A stretch of 64,000 nucleotides of DNA from Minisyncoccota bacterium (lineage in GTDB: Bacteria > Patescibacteriota > Minisyncoccia > Phycocordibacterales > UBA5272). Within the stretch, counting starts at the first letter, position 1. Every line of letters begins with the position of its first letter. This document shows, piece by piece, positions 48,913-58,314 of the stretch. A program made the translations under genes and the position numbers. The notes beneath the pieces were generated by a model. That model did no database searches, was not told the DNA's origin, and saw only the letters and a list, made by a program, of their open reading frames with translations. The stretch spans positions 57,759-121,758 of the forward strand of contig DALYEZ010000001.1 in NCBI GenBank assembly GCA_031972295.1, read 5' to 3'.

Positions 48913-49368
48913 TTATTTTGTAATAGCATCAATTTTTTCAATGCGGCGTCCATGACGTTCCTCTGTTGAGAAATGAGTATCTAAAAACATATCTATCGCA
49001 GCTTTTGCCTCATCAAACTGCATCATACGCGCACCCAGCGAAAGAACGTTTGCATTATTGTGTTCACGCATAAGTCGCACGATGTCTAAATTGCCTCCAT
49101 AGTAGAGCCCTGCGCGAATTCCGTGATATCGATTTGCAATAATCGCCTCCCCTTGTCCTGAGCCACCAAAAATAATGGCTCGTGCATTTTCAACTCCAAA
49201 TTGAATAAGTGCTTCTATTGCAGGCGAAATAGTATCTGGATAATCATCGGTTTCAATATATGTTTCTGCCCCACAATCTTGCACATCGTGATGGAGTGAG
49301 AGAAGATATTTTTCCACCTGCTCTTTAAGCTCAAATCCGGCATGGTCTGATGAAAGAAAGATTTTCAT
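48913..49368 (-). CDS. rpiB: ribose-5-phosphate isomerase B
   Basis: MKIFLSSDHAGFELK. Confidence 0.85.
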   Translation of the reverse strand: MKIFLSSDHAGFELKEQVEKYLLSLHHDVQDCGAETYIETDDYPDTISPAIEALIQFGVENARAIIFGGSGQGEAIIANRYHGIRAGLYYGGNLDIVRLMREHNNANVLSLGARMMQFDEAKAAIDMFLDTHFSTEERHGRRIEKIDAITK

Positions 49369-49518
49369 ATAGACAGTATACCTGGTTCATAAAAAATATT
49401 CGACAAAACAAAACCCCCATCGCAAAATGCAATGAGGGTACGGAAGTTTATAGCTATTCTTCCAACTTTTTTGACAAAGGTCTAAGGAACAAAAGTTCCA
49501 AAACCTAAGTCCGAAATT

Positions 49519-49974
49519 CTATTTTGCGAGACAAGCCGAGAGATCCTCGGCATACCAGTTGGCGTCAAGGAAAGAATAGAACCAATCCCACACGCGACCA
49601 TTCCAGCGCAGACACAGAACACATCGGTCGCCGTCTGAATTACGAAGAATGCTTCCCCCGAATAGGATCCCGTCACTGGTTTTCCAGCTTTCGGGGATCA
49701 ATGAGTCCTGCTCCCAGAGGGTCTGGAGAACTTTCGCATCGAGGCGGATGTGTCCCACCTCTTTAAGGCGACGGATCTTTTCTTCGCTTTGGATCGACAC
49801 CTCACCGGAGCGAAGCATCGTCTCAAAGGTGACCTTGTTCAGATCAAGTTCGGTAAGCGCGAGTGAGCGCTCATCCTGTTCTTCAATCGACCAGCCCTTG
49901 CCCATGAAGGCGCTGGGGTCGAATGGAGTGGTGCGGTCAATACAAATCAAGTTTGAATTAGTTACCATCGTCAT
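49519..49974 (-). CDS. hypothetical protein (GC-elevated ORFan)
   Basis: 151-aa ORF, about 55% GC against about 42% in gap. Confidence 0.35.
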   Translation of the reverse strand: MTMVTNSNLICIDRTTPFDPSAFMGKGWSIEEQDERSLALTELDLNKVTFETMLRSGEVSIQSEEKIRRLKEVGHIRLDAKVLQTLWEQDSLIPESWKTSDGILFGGSILRNSDGDRCVLCLRWNGRVWDWFYSFLDANWYAEDLSACLAK

Positions 49975-50130
49975 TCTCCCTCTTGTCTTTTGATATTTTG
50001 TTTCGAGTTTGCCACAGCTTTAAATACTCATTTACTTAAATATTCGAAGCTATGGCAAACAAATAACACTTGTTTTAATGAGCTTTTAACTTTTTTTATT
50101 ATAGCACAATAATGTGCTATGTGTCAATAT

Positions 50131-51159
50131 TTAGACAGTTCGTCCTGTTTTCAAAACATGGTCTACAAGTGTATATGTATACCCCATTTCGTTGTCATAC
50201 CACCCTAAAACTTTTACTAAGTTTCCTCCCACAACTCGCGTCATCTCTAGGTCTGCAATAGAAGCATGACTTTCTCCAAGAATATCAGTTGAGACAATTG
50301 GATCGTGCGTTACAGAGAAAACCTTATTCCACTTTTCACTCTTGGCTGCTTTTTCTAAAATAGCATTCACTTCTTCCTTAGTTGTATCTCGTTTAGCGAT
50401 GAAAGTAATGTCGACAATCGAGCCAGCAACAACAGGTACACGAATAGAAATACCATCGAAAAGTCCTTCTAATTTTGGAAATGCTTTAGTAACCGCAATA
50501 GCAGCTCCAGTTGATGATGGAACAATATTCATTGCAGCAGCTCTTCCCTCTCGGAAATCTTTTTTGTTTGGACCATCTACAATACCTTGGCTCGCTGTGT
50601 AGCCATGAACTGTATTTAGAATTGCTTTTTCTACACCAAGCACTTCATCTAAAATCGCAATGAGCGGAGATGCTGCATTTGTGGTACATGATGCATTTGA
50701 AGTAATGTCACAAGTACCGAACTTTTCTTCATTAACTGACATCAAAATAGTTTCACCTTGTGCACTACCAGTATCACCTTTTGCAGGAGCAGAAATGACT
50801 ACTTTTTTTGCACCCGCTTGAATATGAGCTTGAGATTTTTCGTATGTTGCAAAAAGTCCAGTTGACTCAACAACAACATCTATATCAAGAGCTTTCCACG
50901 GTAAAAGAGTTGGATCTTTTTCTTGAAGAAATGTAAGAGGTGCACCATCGACAAGAATTGATTTCGCATCTGCAGATACAGCAACAGAAAAACCAGGATT
51001 TCGATATACAGTGTCGTATTGCAAAAGGTACGCAAGATTGTGAACATCACCAAGATCATTTACTGCAACAACTTCTATCTCAGGATTCTTGTGTGCAACT
51101 CGCAAAAAGGCTCGGCCGATGCGACCAAATCCATTGATTCCTACTCGAATTTTTTTCAT
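50131..51159 (-). CDS. gap: glyceraldehyde-3-phosphate dehydrogenase
   Basis: VGINGFGRIGR; catalytic SNASCTTN. Confidence 0.9.
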   Translation of the reverse strand: MKKIRVGINGFGRIGRAFLRVAHKNPEIEVVAVNDLGDVHNLAYLLQYDTVYRNPGFSVAVSADAKSILVDGAPLTFLQEKDPTLLPWKALDIDVVVESTGLFATYEKSQAHIQAGAKKVVISAPAKGDTGSAQGETILMSVNEEKFGTCDITSNASCTTNAASPLIAILDEVLGVEKAILNTVHGYTASQGIVDGPNKKDFREGRAAAMNIVPSSTGAAIAVTKAFPKLEGLFDGISIRVPVVAGSIVDITFIAKRDTTKEEVNAILEKAAKSEKWNKVFSVTHDPIVSTDILGESHASIADLEMTRVVGGNLVKVLGWYDNEMGYTYTLVDHVLKTGRTV

Positions 51160-51204
51160 TGGTACATTATACGTTCTCTTAAAGATGTTTGCTATACTAG
51201 CCCT

Positions 51205-52620
51205 ATGTCAAAGCAGTATTACACAACTATTGGACTTGAAGTCCATACTGAACTCAAAACCGCCTCAAAAATGTGGTGTGGTTGTAAAAATGAGCCAGAT
51301 AATGAGTCGCCAAACACAAATGTTTGCCCTGTGTGTACTGCCCAGCCTGGAAGCCTACCTGTTGCCAATAAAGAAGCAATTAAGAAAGTTATCACGGTAG
51401 GTGTTGCGGTAAACGGTACAATCCCAGACTTTACAGAATTTGACCGTAAGAACTATTTCTACCCCGACATTCCAAAGGGTTACCAGATTAGTCAGTATAA
51501 ATACCCCCTTGTCTCAGGTGGTGAGCTCGCAGGGGTAAAACTCACACGTATTCACCTTGAAGAGGACACCGCAAAATCTTCTCATGGCACAGGTTCGTCG
51601 CTTGTTGATTTTAACCGTGCTGGTGTTCCTCTTATGGAGCTTGTGACAGAACCTGTCATTAAAGATGCGAAAATGGCCGGTGCCTTTGCGCGCGAACTAC
51701 AACTTCTCCTTCGAACACTCAAGGTATCTGATGCAAACATCGAAAAAGGTCAGATGCGAATTGAAGTAAACATTTCTGTTTCAGAAGATCCAAACAAGCC
51801 CGCCTCAAAATATGTTGAAGTAAAAAACATTGCCTCATTTCGATCAGTTGAAAAAGCTATTGAATACGAAACGGCACGACAGATTGAAATGATTGAAAAT
51901 GGTGTCCCGTTTGTAAAAGAGACACGTGGTTGGGATGACACAACAAACACAACGTTCAGTCAGCGTAAAAAAGAAACCGCTGAGGAATATCGCTATTTCC
52001 CCGATCCTGATTTACCAAAACTCTACCTCTCACAAGTTCCTGAATTTAATGTAGAAAAAATCCGAAGTGAACTCCCTGAACTTCCATGGCAAAAACGAGA
52101 AAGATTACAAACACTCGGATTAAAATCAGAAACAGTTGAGCAGTTGGTTTCTGATGAAGTGTACGGAGTTCTTTTTGACACCATCACCGGCATTTCCAAC
52201 AAAAAAGAGATGCTTGTAACTGCTGCAAACTATCTCACTGTTGATATTCCAGGTCTTCTCCAAAAAGAAGGTTCAAGTCTTCCATCTGCTGAGGCCCTTA
52301 CAGAACTATTCCTTATGACCGATGCGGGTGAACTTTCAAGTCGCGGTACAAAAGATATTCTTGCAATGCTTGTACAGGGCGAGAAAGAATCTCCGAAAGC
52401 TCTTGCAGAAAAACATGGACTCATTCAGAAAAATGACCCTGAAGCACTTCGTCTTCTCGTGCGTGAAGCAATCGCATCAAACCCAAGCCAAGTAGCCGAG
52501 TTTAAATCAGGAAAAGAAAGTATCTTAATGTTCTTTGTTGGGCAATGTATGAAAGCATCCAAAGGTTCCGGTAATCCAGGGCTATTTCAGGAATTACTTA
52601 AAGAAGAACTCAGTAAATAA
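51205..52620 (+). CDS. gatB: Asp/Glu-tRNA amidotransferase subunit B
   Basis: YYTTIGLEVHTELKT...MWCGC; C-terminal YqeY-like domain; TATACT 6 nt before the ATG. Confidence 0.9.
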   Translation: MSKQYYTTIGLEVHTELKTASKMWCGCKNEPDNESPNTNVCPVCTAQPGSLPVANKEAIKKVITVGVAVNGTIPDFTEFDRKNYFYPDIPKGYQISQYKYPLVSGGELAGVKLTRIHLEEDTAKSSHGTGSSLVDFNRAGVPLMELVTEPVIKDAKMAGAFARELQLLLRTLKVSDANIEKGQMRIEVNISVSEDPNKPASKYVEVKNIASFRSVEKAIEYETARQIEMIENGVPFVKETRGWDDTTNTTFSQRKKETAEEYRYFPDPDLPKLYLSQVPEFNVEKIRSELPELPWQKRERLQTLGLKSETVEQLVSDEVYGVLFDTITGISNKKEMLVTAANYLTVDIPGLLQKEGSSLPSAEALTELFLMTDAGELSSRGTKDILAMLVQGEKESPKALAEKHGLIQKNDPEALRLLVREAIASNPSQVAEFKSGKESILMFFVGQCMKASKGSGNPGLFQELLKEELSK

Positions 52621-52624
52621 AAAT

Positions 52625-52657
52625 AAAACCTCCGAAATTTCGGAGGTTTTATTTTTG
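52625..52657. terminator. bidirectional terminator aaaacctccgaaatttcggaggtttt
   Basis: seen in sequence. Confidence 0.55.
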
Positions 52658-52663
52658 TATCAT

Positions 52664-53833
52664 CTATACAACAAAGTTATTAATGTTGTATAGATCAGGA
52701 TCGTCTGTATTTTCTTCCTTCTTAACTTCTTCTTTCGATCTATCATCAACAAGATTCTCTTCTTGCTCAAGACTTTCTGTATACACTGGATGCTCGGCAG
52801 GCAAAGCGTTTTCAAGAGGTGTTGTTTCTACAACTGTATTTGTGGCAACCATTGGATGCTCTAGTGGAGCTTCAACAATTGTTTGTTCTGGAGCAACGTC
52901 TAGAACAACTGCAGGAATAATAGTGCTCGCAGCCATCATATCTTTTGGATTTACCCTATCAATCATTTCTCGCATACCAGATTTTGAAACAGGTGATCCT
53001 GTTTTAATGTGATCGAGAATAGATTGTAATTCTTCGTACGAGAAGAAGTCGATTGAGATTTTTCCACCAACTTCTCTCTTTTCAATATGCACTCGAGTGC
53101 CTAATGTTTCAGCAAGAGACCCTTCAATCTCAGCAATATCTGGATCAAAGAAGCGATCCTTTTTACGCACTTTATCGTAGGCAATCCGCCTTGCAATACC
53201 TTCAGCTTCACGCACAGTCATCTTTCGAAGAAGCATTTCCTTAAACAAAGTAAGTTGCTCTTCTGGGCGGTCGATAAGCATCATCAGTGGTCGGGTGTGT
53301 CCTTCTGAAATTTTTCCTGTGGCAAGTGCGTTCAAGACATCCTCTGGTAACGTAAGAAGTCGTAATGTATTTGAAACGTACTCACGACTCTTGCCCATTT
53401 TTTGCCCAATCTCACCATGCTTTAAATTAAACTCAGATGAAAGTTGTGCGAACGCTTTAGCGCGGTCAACAGGATTTAGATCTTCACGCTGCAAGTTTTC
53501 AAGAATCGCGAGTTCGAGTTTTGCACGAGAGTCGTCACCAACACGAATGAGTACGGGAACTTGTGTTAATCCAGCTAATTTTGACGCCCGCAATCGACGT
53601 TCACCAGCAATAAGTTCATAGCTTACGTTCAAACTTCCATCTTCATTCCAATTTTCAATACGCGAAACAACAAGCGGTTGTAAAATTCCATACTGCTTAA
53701 TTGAATCAGAAAGTTCCTTGAGTGCTTGCTCATCAAACTCACGCCGTGGCTGATACGGATTTGGAACAATCTTCTCAACATCTACCCAAAAGATTGCATT
53801 CTCGTATGGATTTTTTGCGTGTGTTGGTGGCAT
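52664..53833 (-). CDS. parB: ParB/Spo0J-family partition protein with long acidic C-terminal extension; no adjacent parA
   Basis: ParB box LIAGERRLRA; HTH. Confidence 0.8.
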   Translation of the reverse strand: MPPTHAKNPYENAIFWVDVEKIVPNPYQPRREFDEQALKELSDSIKQYGILQPLVVSRIENWNEDGSLNVSYELIAGERRLRASKLAGLTQVPVLIRVGDDSRAKLELAILENLQREDLNPVDRAKAFAQLSSEFNLKHGEIGQKMGKSREYVSNTLRLLTLPEDVLNALATGKISEGHTRPLMMLIDRPEEQLTLFKEMLLRKMTVREAEGIARRIAYDKVRKKDRFFDPDIAEIEGSLAETLGTRVHIEKREVGGKISIDFFSYEELQSILDHIKTGSPVSKSGMREMIDRVNPKDMMAASTIIPAVVLDVAPEQTIVEAPLEHPMVATNTVVETTPLENALPAEHPVYTESLEQEENLVDDRSKEEVKKEENTDDPDLYNINNFVV

Positions 53834-53860
53834 ATTGGTAAGAGTTGAACAGATTTTATC

Positions 53861-53890
53861 ACAAACAAAAAAAGAGTGCGCGCACTCTTT
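53861..53890. terminator. bidirectional hairpin aaaaagagtgcgcgcactcttttt
   Basis: seen in sequence. Confidence 0.5.
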
Positions 53891-53909
53891 TTTTGTTTTT
53901 TATTTTTTG

Positions 53910-53991
53910 TGCCGGAGGAGAGACTTGAACTCTCATGGGTTACCCCGCTTGCTCCTAAGGCAAGTACGTCTACCAATTTCGCCACTCCGGC
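53910..53991 (-). tRNA. tRNA-Leu (anticodon UAG)
   Basis: acceptor GCCGGAG/CTCCGGC; anticodon loop CUUAGGA; long variable arm; T-loop TTCAAGT; discriminator A; CCA not encoded. Confidence 0.85.
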
Positions 53992-54039
53992 ATGTTCTTG
54001 GATTCTAAGTCAAAATCACAAAAAAGTACATCTATATTC

Positions 54040-55017
54040 CTACTTCAACAAATTCTGTATTGCCTGAGCCAGGAGCATGCTGTCGTGACGGATAAAACTT
54101 CGGCTTTCGGCAATAGCATCTGCTTTTTGAAAAGAAACTGTCGTTTGAGATAAAAGTGGAAGCCGAACAATCTTTTTATTCGTAGGGAGGTCATCTATTA
54201 CAAGTACTCCATCTCCCTCTTGAAGCTCGTATTTTTCTAACTGTTCTTTTGACGGCGGAAAGCTATTAACCAACACAATATCGAGCGATCTTTTTAGATA
54301 ACTTTCCACATCTTCAACATAACCCTTTGCTGTCCAATACAATGTATGACCTTTTTTGTTTGTAAGATTTATGGGGAAAATAATTTTTGCTTTTGTTTTT
54401 TGCAAAGCTTCAACCATCCCAGAAACTGCAATATTAGGAAGCACTGAGCAGTAATAGTTTCCCGGACCAAGAATAATAACATCTGCGCTCTCTATAGCTT
54501 CAAGTGCACGAGTATTGAGTACAACATTACTTTCATAGTGTATCTTCGCAACTCCCCCAGCCTGCATGTCGGTGTGATTAATTGCATCCTCACCCCTTAA
54601 AAGGGTCCCATCTTCGAGTGTAATACAAAGATTAGCTTCATCATCAGTTACAGGAATAACTGCTCCTCGAACTTTCAGGATGTCACTCGCCACTTCAATT
54701 CCTTTTACAAAACTCCCTGTCACTTTCTCAAGTGCTGCAAGAAAAATATTTCCAAAACTATGTCCCGAGAGTCCACCTTCCTCGAAACGATACCCCATCA
54801 ATTTTCGCACCGTATCTGAATGTTCAGAAAGTGCAATCAAACATTGCCGCACATCTCCTGGTGGCAAAACACCAAGCTCATCTCGAAGCACGCCCGTAGA
54901 ACCTCCGTCGTCAGCCATAGAAACAATTGCAGTAATTTGTACGTCAGAAATAGTTTTGAGACCAGAAAGAATAGTGAAGCTTCCGGTACCGCCACCGATT
55001 GTCACAATCTTTTTCAT
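54040..55017 (-). CDS. YvcK/UPF0052 (CofD-like) family protein
   Basis: IVTIGGGTGSFTILSGL...DDGGSTG. Confidence 0.7.
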   Translation of the reverse strand: MKKIVTIGGGTGSFTILSGLKTISDVQITAIVSMADDGGSTGVLRDELGVLPPGDVRQCLIALSEHSDTVRKLMGYRFEEGGLSGHSFGNIFLAALEKVTGSFVKGIEVASDILKVRGAVIPVTDDEANLCITLEDGTLLRGEDAINHTDMQAGGVAKIHYESNVVLNTRALEAIESADVIILGPGNYYCSVLPNIAVSGMVEALQKTKAKIIFPINLTNKKGHTLYWTAKGYVEDVESYLKRSLDIVLVNSFPPSKEQLEKYELQEGDGVLVIDDLPTNKKIVRLPLLSQTTVSFQKADAIAESRSFIRHDSMLLAQAIQNLLK

Positions 55018-55173
55018 ATGTTGATTATACCAAGTAACCTGGGGACAGCAGTCTTTACAAAAATGAGTTTAGTAGTATAAAGGAAAGGTTGACTGTTGTT
55101 CTTTGCAAAGACTACTTTGTATTTAAAAGCCCGAATACACTGTAGTTATCCTGGAAGGGCTAGTGAGGTAACC

Positions 55174-55443
55174 ATGTCGAATATCTCTACGGAAGACGCT
55201 GTGAGTGTTGCTCGGAATATTTCCGACCTGATCCCGAATAGCCGTATCGCAGCGGCTCACCGTGCTCTGGATGACAAGATTGATGAAGCAAACGCCGGCG
55301 CCCGAGGGTTCTCGGATAAGGCAGTCCAGCAATGGAAGGAATGGAGGCTGGTACTGAAGTCTGAACTGGTGAAACGAGGAATTGAATCCTCCGAACGTCC
55401 GGCACGGGCGGTTTCATTTCAACATCAAGGAGCAGCGGCATGA
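55174..55443 (+). CDS. hypothetical protein (GC-elevated); a 37-codon basic ORF follows via an ATGA overlap
   Basis: GAGGT SD before ATG 55174. Confidence 0.3.
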   Translation: MSNISTEDAVSVARNISDLIPNSRIAAAHRALDDKIDEANAGARGFSDKAVQQWKEWRLVLKSELVKRGIESSERPARAVSFQHQGAAA

Positions 55444-55614
55444 GCATGATGCGACAATTCTGGAAGCCGCCAAAGTCACGGCGCCGGCCACCACCAGCTG
55501 AAACAACGGTACCTGCCGGCGCCGTTGTCAAAAAAAAGCAATCAAAAAAATAACGATTGCTAGCCGACCAGAATGGGGCGTCAACTGTTGACGCCCCAAG
55601 AAATTCAAAACAAA

Positions 55615-55641
55615 GCACCGCACCATGTGCGGCTTTTTTAT
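55615..55641 (+). terminator. weak intrinsic terminator ccgca-ccatg-tgcgg plus T6 (a strong hairpin ggggcgtcaactgttgacgcccc lies at 55576-55598)
   Basis: seen in sequence. Confidence 0.3.
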
Positions 55642-55832
55642 TGCCTTTTTTTAGAAGATATGCTTTAATTATCGAGTTCATTTCAAATTAACAACAAACA
55701 CGAGCTTGTAACCGTTTGCCCTTCTTCCCTTTCTGACAAGGCAAATCCATCTCGTGCAGGAAAAAAAGCTCAATTCCTTTTTCCTGAGGAATTTTTTTGT
55801 TTAATAATGAAGAACATACAAAATTAATATTT

Positions 55833-56933
55833 ATGCCAGAATTACAAAACGCAAACATTTACGGTGATGCAAATAATGCACAACTTAAAAACGCAGTCCA
55901 AACTGCACCTCACCGCCTCAAAGCAGATGACGTGGTAGACGGTACTGTCGTGTCTATCAAGAAATCAGCAATCTATGTAGACCTCGGTATTCATGGAGTT
56001 GGTATTATCTACGGAACAGAGTTCATCCAAGCTCGCGATGTTATCAAAAAGATAAACGTCGGTGATGCTATCAAAGCAAAGATCATCGAGACTGAAAACG
56101 AAAATGGTCACGTAGAACTCTCACTCAAAGAAGCAAAGCAGGCTGCAATGTGGAGCGATGCTGAAGAAGCAATCAAAGCAAAAACAGTATTTGATCTTGT
56201 TATCAAAGAAGCAAACAAGGGTGGACTTATTCTCGACTGGCAAGGTGTGGCTGGATTTCTTCCTGCATCACAGCTCAAGAGTGAAAACTATCCTCGCGTT
56301 ATGGATGGCGACAAAGAAAAGATTTTGCGAGAACTCAAGAAGCTCATCGGAAAACGTATTTCTGTGTGCGTGATTGGAGCAATGCCAAAAGAAGGTAAAC
56401 TCATTTTCTCTGAAAAAGATGTTGATGGAAAAGAGAAGACAGAAGTTATGGGTAAGTACGCTGTTGGCGACGAAGTTGAAGGTAAAGTAACTGGCGTTGT
56501 AGAGTTTGGCGCATTTGTAGAACTCGAAGACGGACTTGAAGGACTTATTCACATTTCAGAAATGTCATGGTCACTCATTGATGATCCTAAGACACTCTTC
56601 AAGGTTGGCGACAAAGTAAAAGCTCGCATTATTGAAGTGAAAGACGGTAAAGTATCACTCTCAGTAAAAGCACTCACCGTGAACCCATGGCTTGAAGCAG
56701 AAAAGAAATTCAAGAAAGGAGACATTGTGAAAGGTGTTGTAATTAAATTCAACAAACACGGCGCACTCGCTTCTATCAATGAAGGAGTAGCAGGTCTTGT
56801 ACACATTTCAGAGTTTGCAAGTGAGGAAAAAATGAAATCATCACTCGGACTTGGAAAGGTATACGACTTCGCAATCACATTCTTTGAACCAAAAGAACAG
56901 CGAATGACACTCACCTACATTTCAAAAGAATAA
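55833..56933 (+). CDS. rpsA: 30S ribosomal protein S1 (4 S1 domains, short form)
   Basis: repeated S1 motifs; start at MPELQ with TAATAT 2-3 nt upstream. Confidence 0.8.
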   Translation: MPELQNANIYGDANNAQLKNAVQTAPHRLKADDVVDGTVVSIKKSAIYVDLGIHGVGIIYGTEFIQARDVIKKINVGDAIKAKIIETENENGHVELSLKEAKQAAMWSDAEEAIKAKTVFDLVIKEANKGGLILDWQGVAGFLPASQLKSENYPRVMDGDKEKILRELKKLIGKRISVCVIGAMPKEGKLIFSEKDVDGKEKTEVMGKYAVGDEVEGKVTGVVEFGAFVELEDGLEGLIHISEMSWSLIDDPKTLFKVGDKVKARIIEVKDGKVSLSVKALTVNPWLEAEKKFKKGDIVKGVVIKFNKHGALASINEGVAGLVHISEFASEEKMKSSLGLGKVYDFAITFFEPKEQRMTLTYISKE

Positions 56934-56951
56934 TCTTTCTGAAATAAATAA

Positions 56952-56974
56952 TAAAACCACCGAAAAGGTGGTTT
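56952..56974. terminator. bidirectional terminator aaaaccacc-gaaaa-ggtggtttt
   Basis: seen in sequence. Confidence 0.55.
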
Positions 56975-56976
56975 TA

Positions 56977-57567
56977 TTATTTTCCGTTGTATATCGACAT
57001 TGCTTTTGGTAATCCTTCTTCAACAATCATTTCGAGAGCCTGTAGAACGGTCTTTGAAAGTTTTTTTAACCCATCTTTTTCTTCATCTTTCATAACACCT
57101 AGAATCCACTTCCCTACCTTTTCTTCACCAAGTGGTTTTTTCAATTTTCCTCCCGTTGTTGTCGGAGAAATTCCAACTCGAACACGAATAAAGGCTTCTG
57201 ATTTTACCGCTTTAATAATAGACTGAACTCCATTATGTCCACCAGAACTGCGGTTAAAAGAAATTTTAAAGGCACCCCGTGCAAGGTCAAGGTCGTCATA
57301 TATCACAACCAACTTCGTCAAATCCTTTGGTGACTTTATTAGGGGCGCAACTGCTTTTCCAGAAAGATTCATAAAAGTATCCGGAAGTACGATTATTGCC
57401 TTTTTATCTGCAATTATTGTTTTTGTTTTCTGCGCACGGAGTATGCCGTCAGTTTCAAAAGCGTCAGCCTTGGTTAATTTTGCAATATGGCTCGCAACAA
57501 TACGTCCGACGTTATGTCGTGTGAATTCATATTCATTTCCAGGATTTCCAAGTCCAAGGATTATCAT
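56977..57567 (-). CDS. pth: peptidyl-tRNA hydrolase
   Basis: MIILGLGNPGNEYEFTRHNVG. Confidence 0.9.
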   Translation of the reverse strand: MIILGLGNPGNEYEFTRHNVGRIVASHIAKLTKADAFETDGILRAQKTKTIIADKKAIIVLPDTFMNLSGKAVAPLIKSPKDLTKLVVIYDDLDLARGAFKISFNRSSGGHNGVQSIIKAVKSEAFIRVRVGISPTTTGGKLKKPLGEEKVGKWILGVMKDEEKDGLKKLSKTVLQALEMIVEEGLPKAMSIYNGK

Positions 57568-57599
57568 ATTCTTCTATGATACACTATAGAGAATATTTT

Positions 57600-58268
57600 A
57601 TGCGAAACCCACTCGACTGGATAGCAGATCAGGTTCTTGAATTCTTTTTTATTCTACGCAACCTCCGAAAAACAAAAGAAGAACGTGTGGTGGCACGACG
57701 TGCAGCATGGTACGCAAAAGCGCAAGAAATACTCCGTTTTGTAACCACTGTTGGTTTTTTCTTCATCATCATTAAAACGTTCCTTATACAACCCTTCCTT
57801 GTACAGCAAACTTCAATGGTACCCACATTCGAACCCTACGACTACATTATTGTCGATCGATTTTCGTATACTTTTTTAGAAGAACCTAAACGTGGAGACG
57901 TAGTTGTGTTTAAATCTAGTCCAGAAAATGGTAATCGATACCTCATCAAGCGAATTATTGGACTTCCAGGAGAACAAATTACTATTGATGGCACAACTAC
58001 AATTATCACAAATAGTACTCACCCTGAAGGGTTTCAACTCAATGAAACATACATCGAAAACAAAGATGAGCGAACAAAAAAAGTCGCAACTCTTGGTGTA
58101 GATGAATATTTTATGATGGGAGACAACCGCCCACTCAGTCTTGATTCACGACAAATCGGTCCTATTAAGCGCACGCAAATTATTGGAAGAACACTCGTTC
58201 GTCTATATCCATTCACACAAATATCACTCTTTCCTGGCTCAGTGGACGTTTTAACTAAAACCCCGTAA
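57600..58268 (+). CDS. lepB: signal peptidase I
   Basis: S26 boxes: SMVPTF, RGDVVVF, GDNRPLSLDSR. Confidence 0.8.
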   Translation: MRNPLDWIADQVLEFFFILRNLRKTKEERVVARRAAWYAKAQEILRFVTTVGFFFIIIKTFLIQPFLVQQTSMVPTFEPYDYIIVDRFSYTFLEEPKRGDVVVFKSSPENGNRYLIKRIIGLPGEQITIDGTTTIITNSTHPEGFQLNETYIENKDERTKKVATLGVDEYFMMGDNRPLSLDSRQIGPIKRTQIIGRTLVRLYPFTQISLFPGSVDVLTKTP

Positions 58269-58314
58269 ACTGAAATAGTATTCGATATTTAGATTAGAAG
58301 AGTCGGTATACACT

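Noticed and set aside
55187-55681. 164-aa minus-strand ORF overlapping the 55174 plus ORF
   Set aside because: It spans two hairpin and terminator structures and has no SD. The plus ORF has a GAGGT SD. Still unresolved, and noted in the findings.
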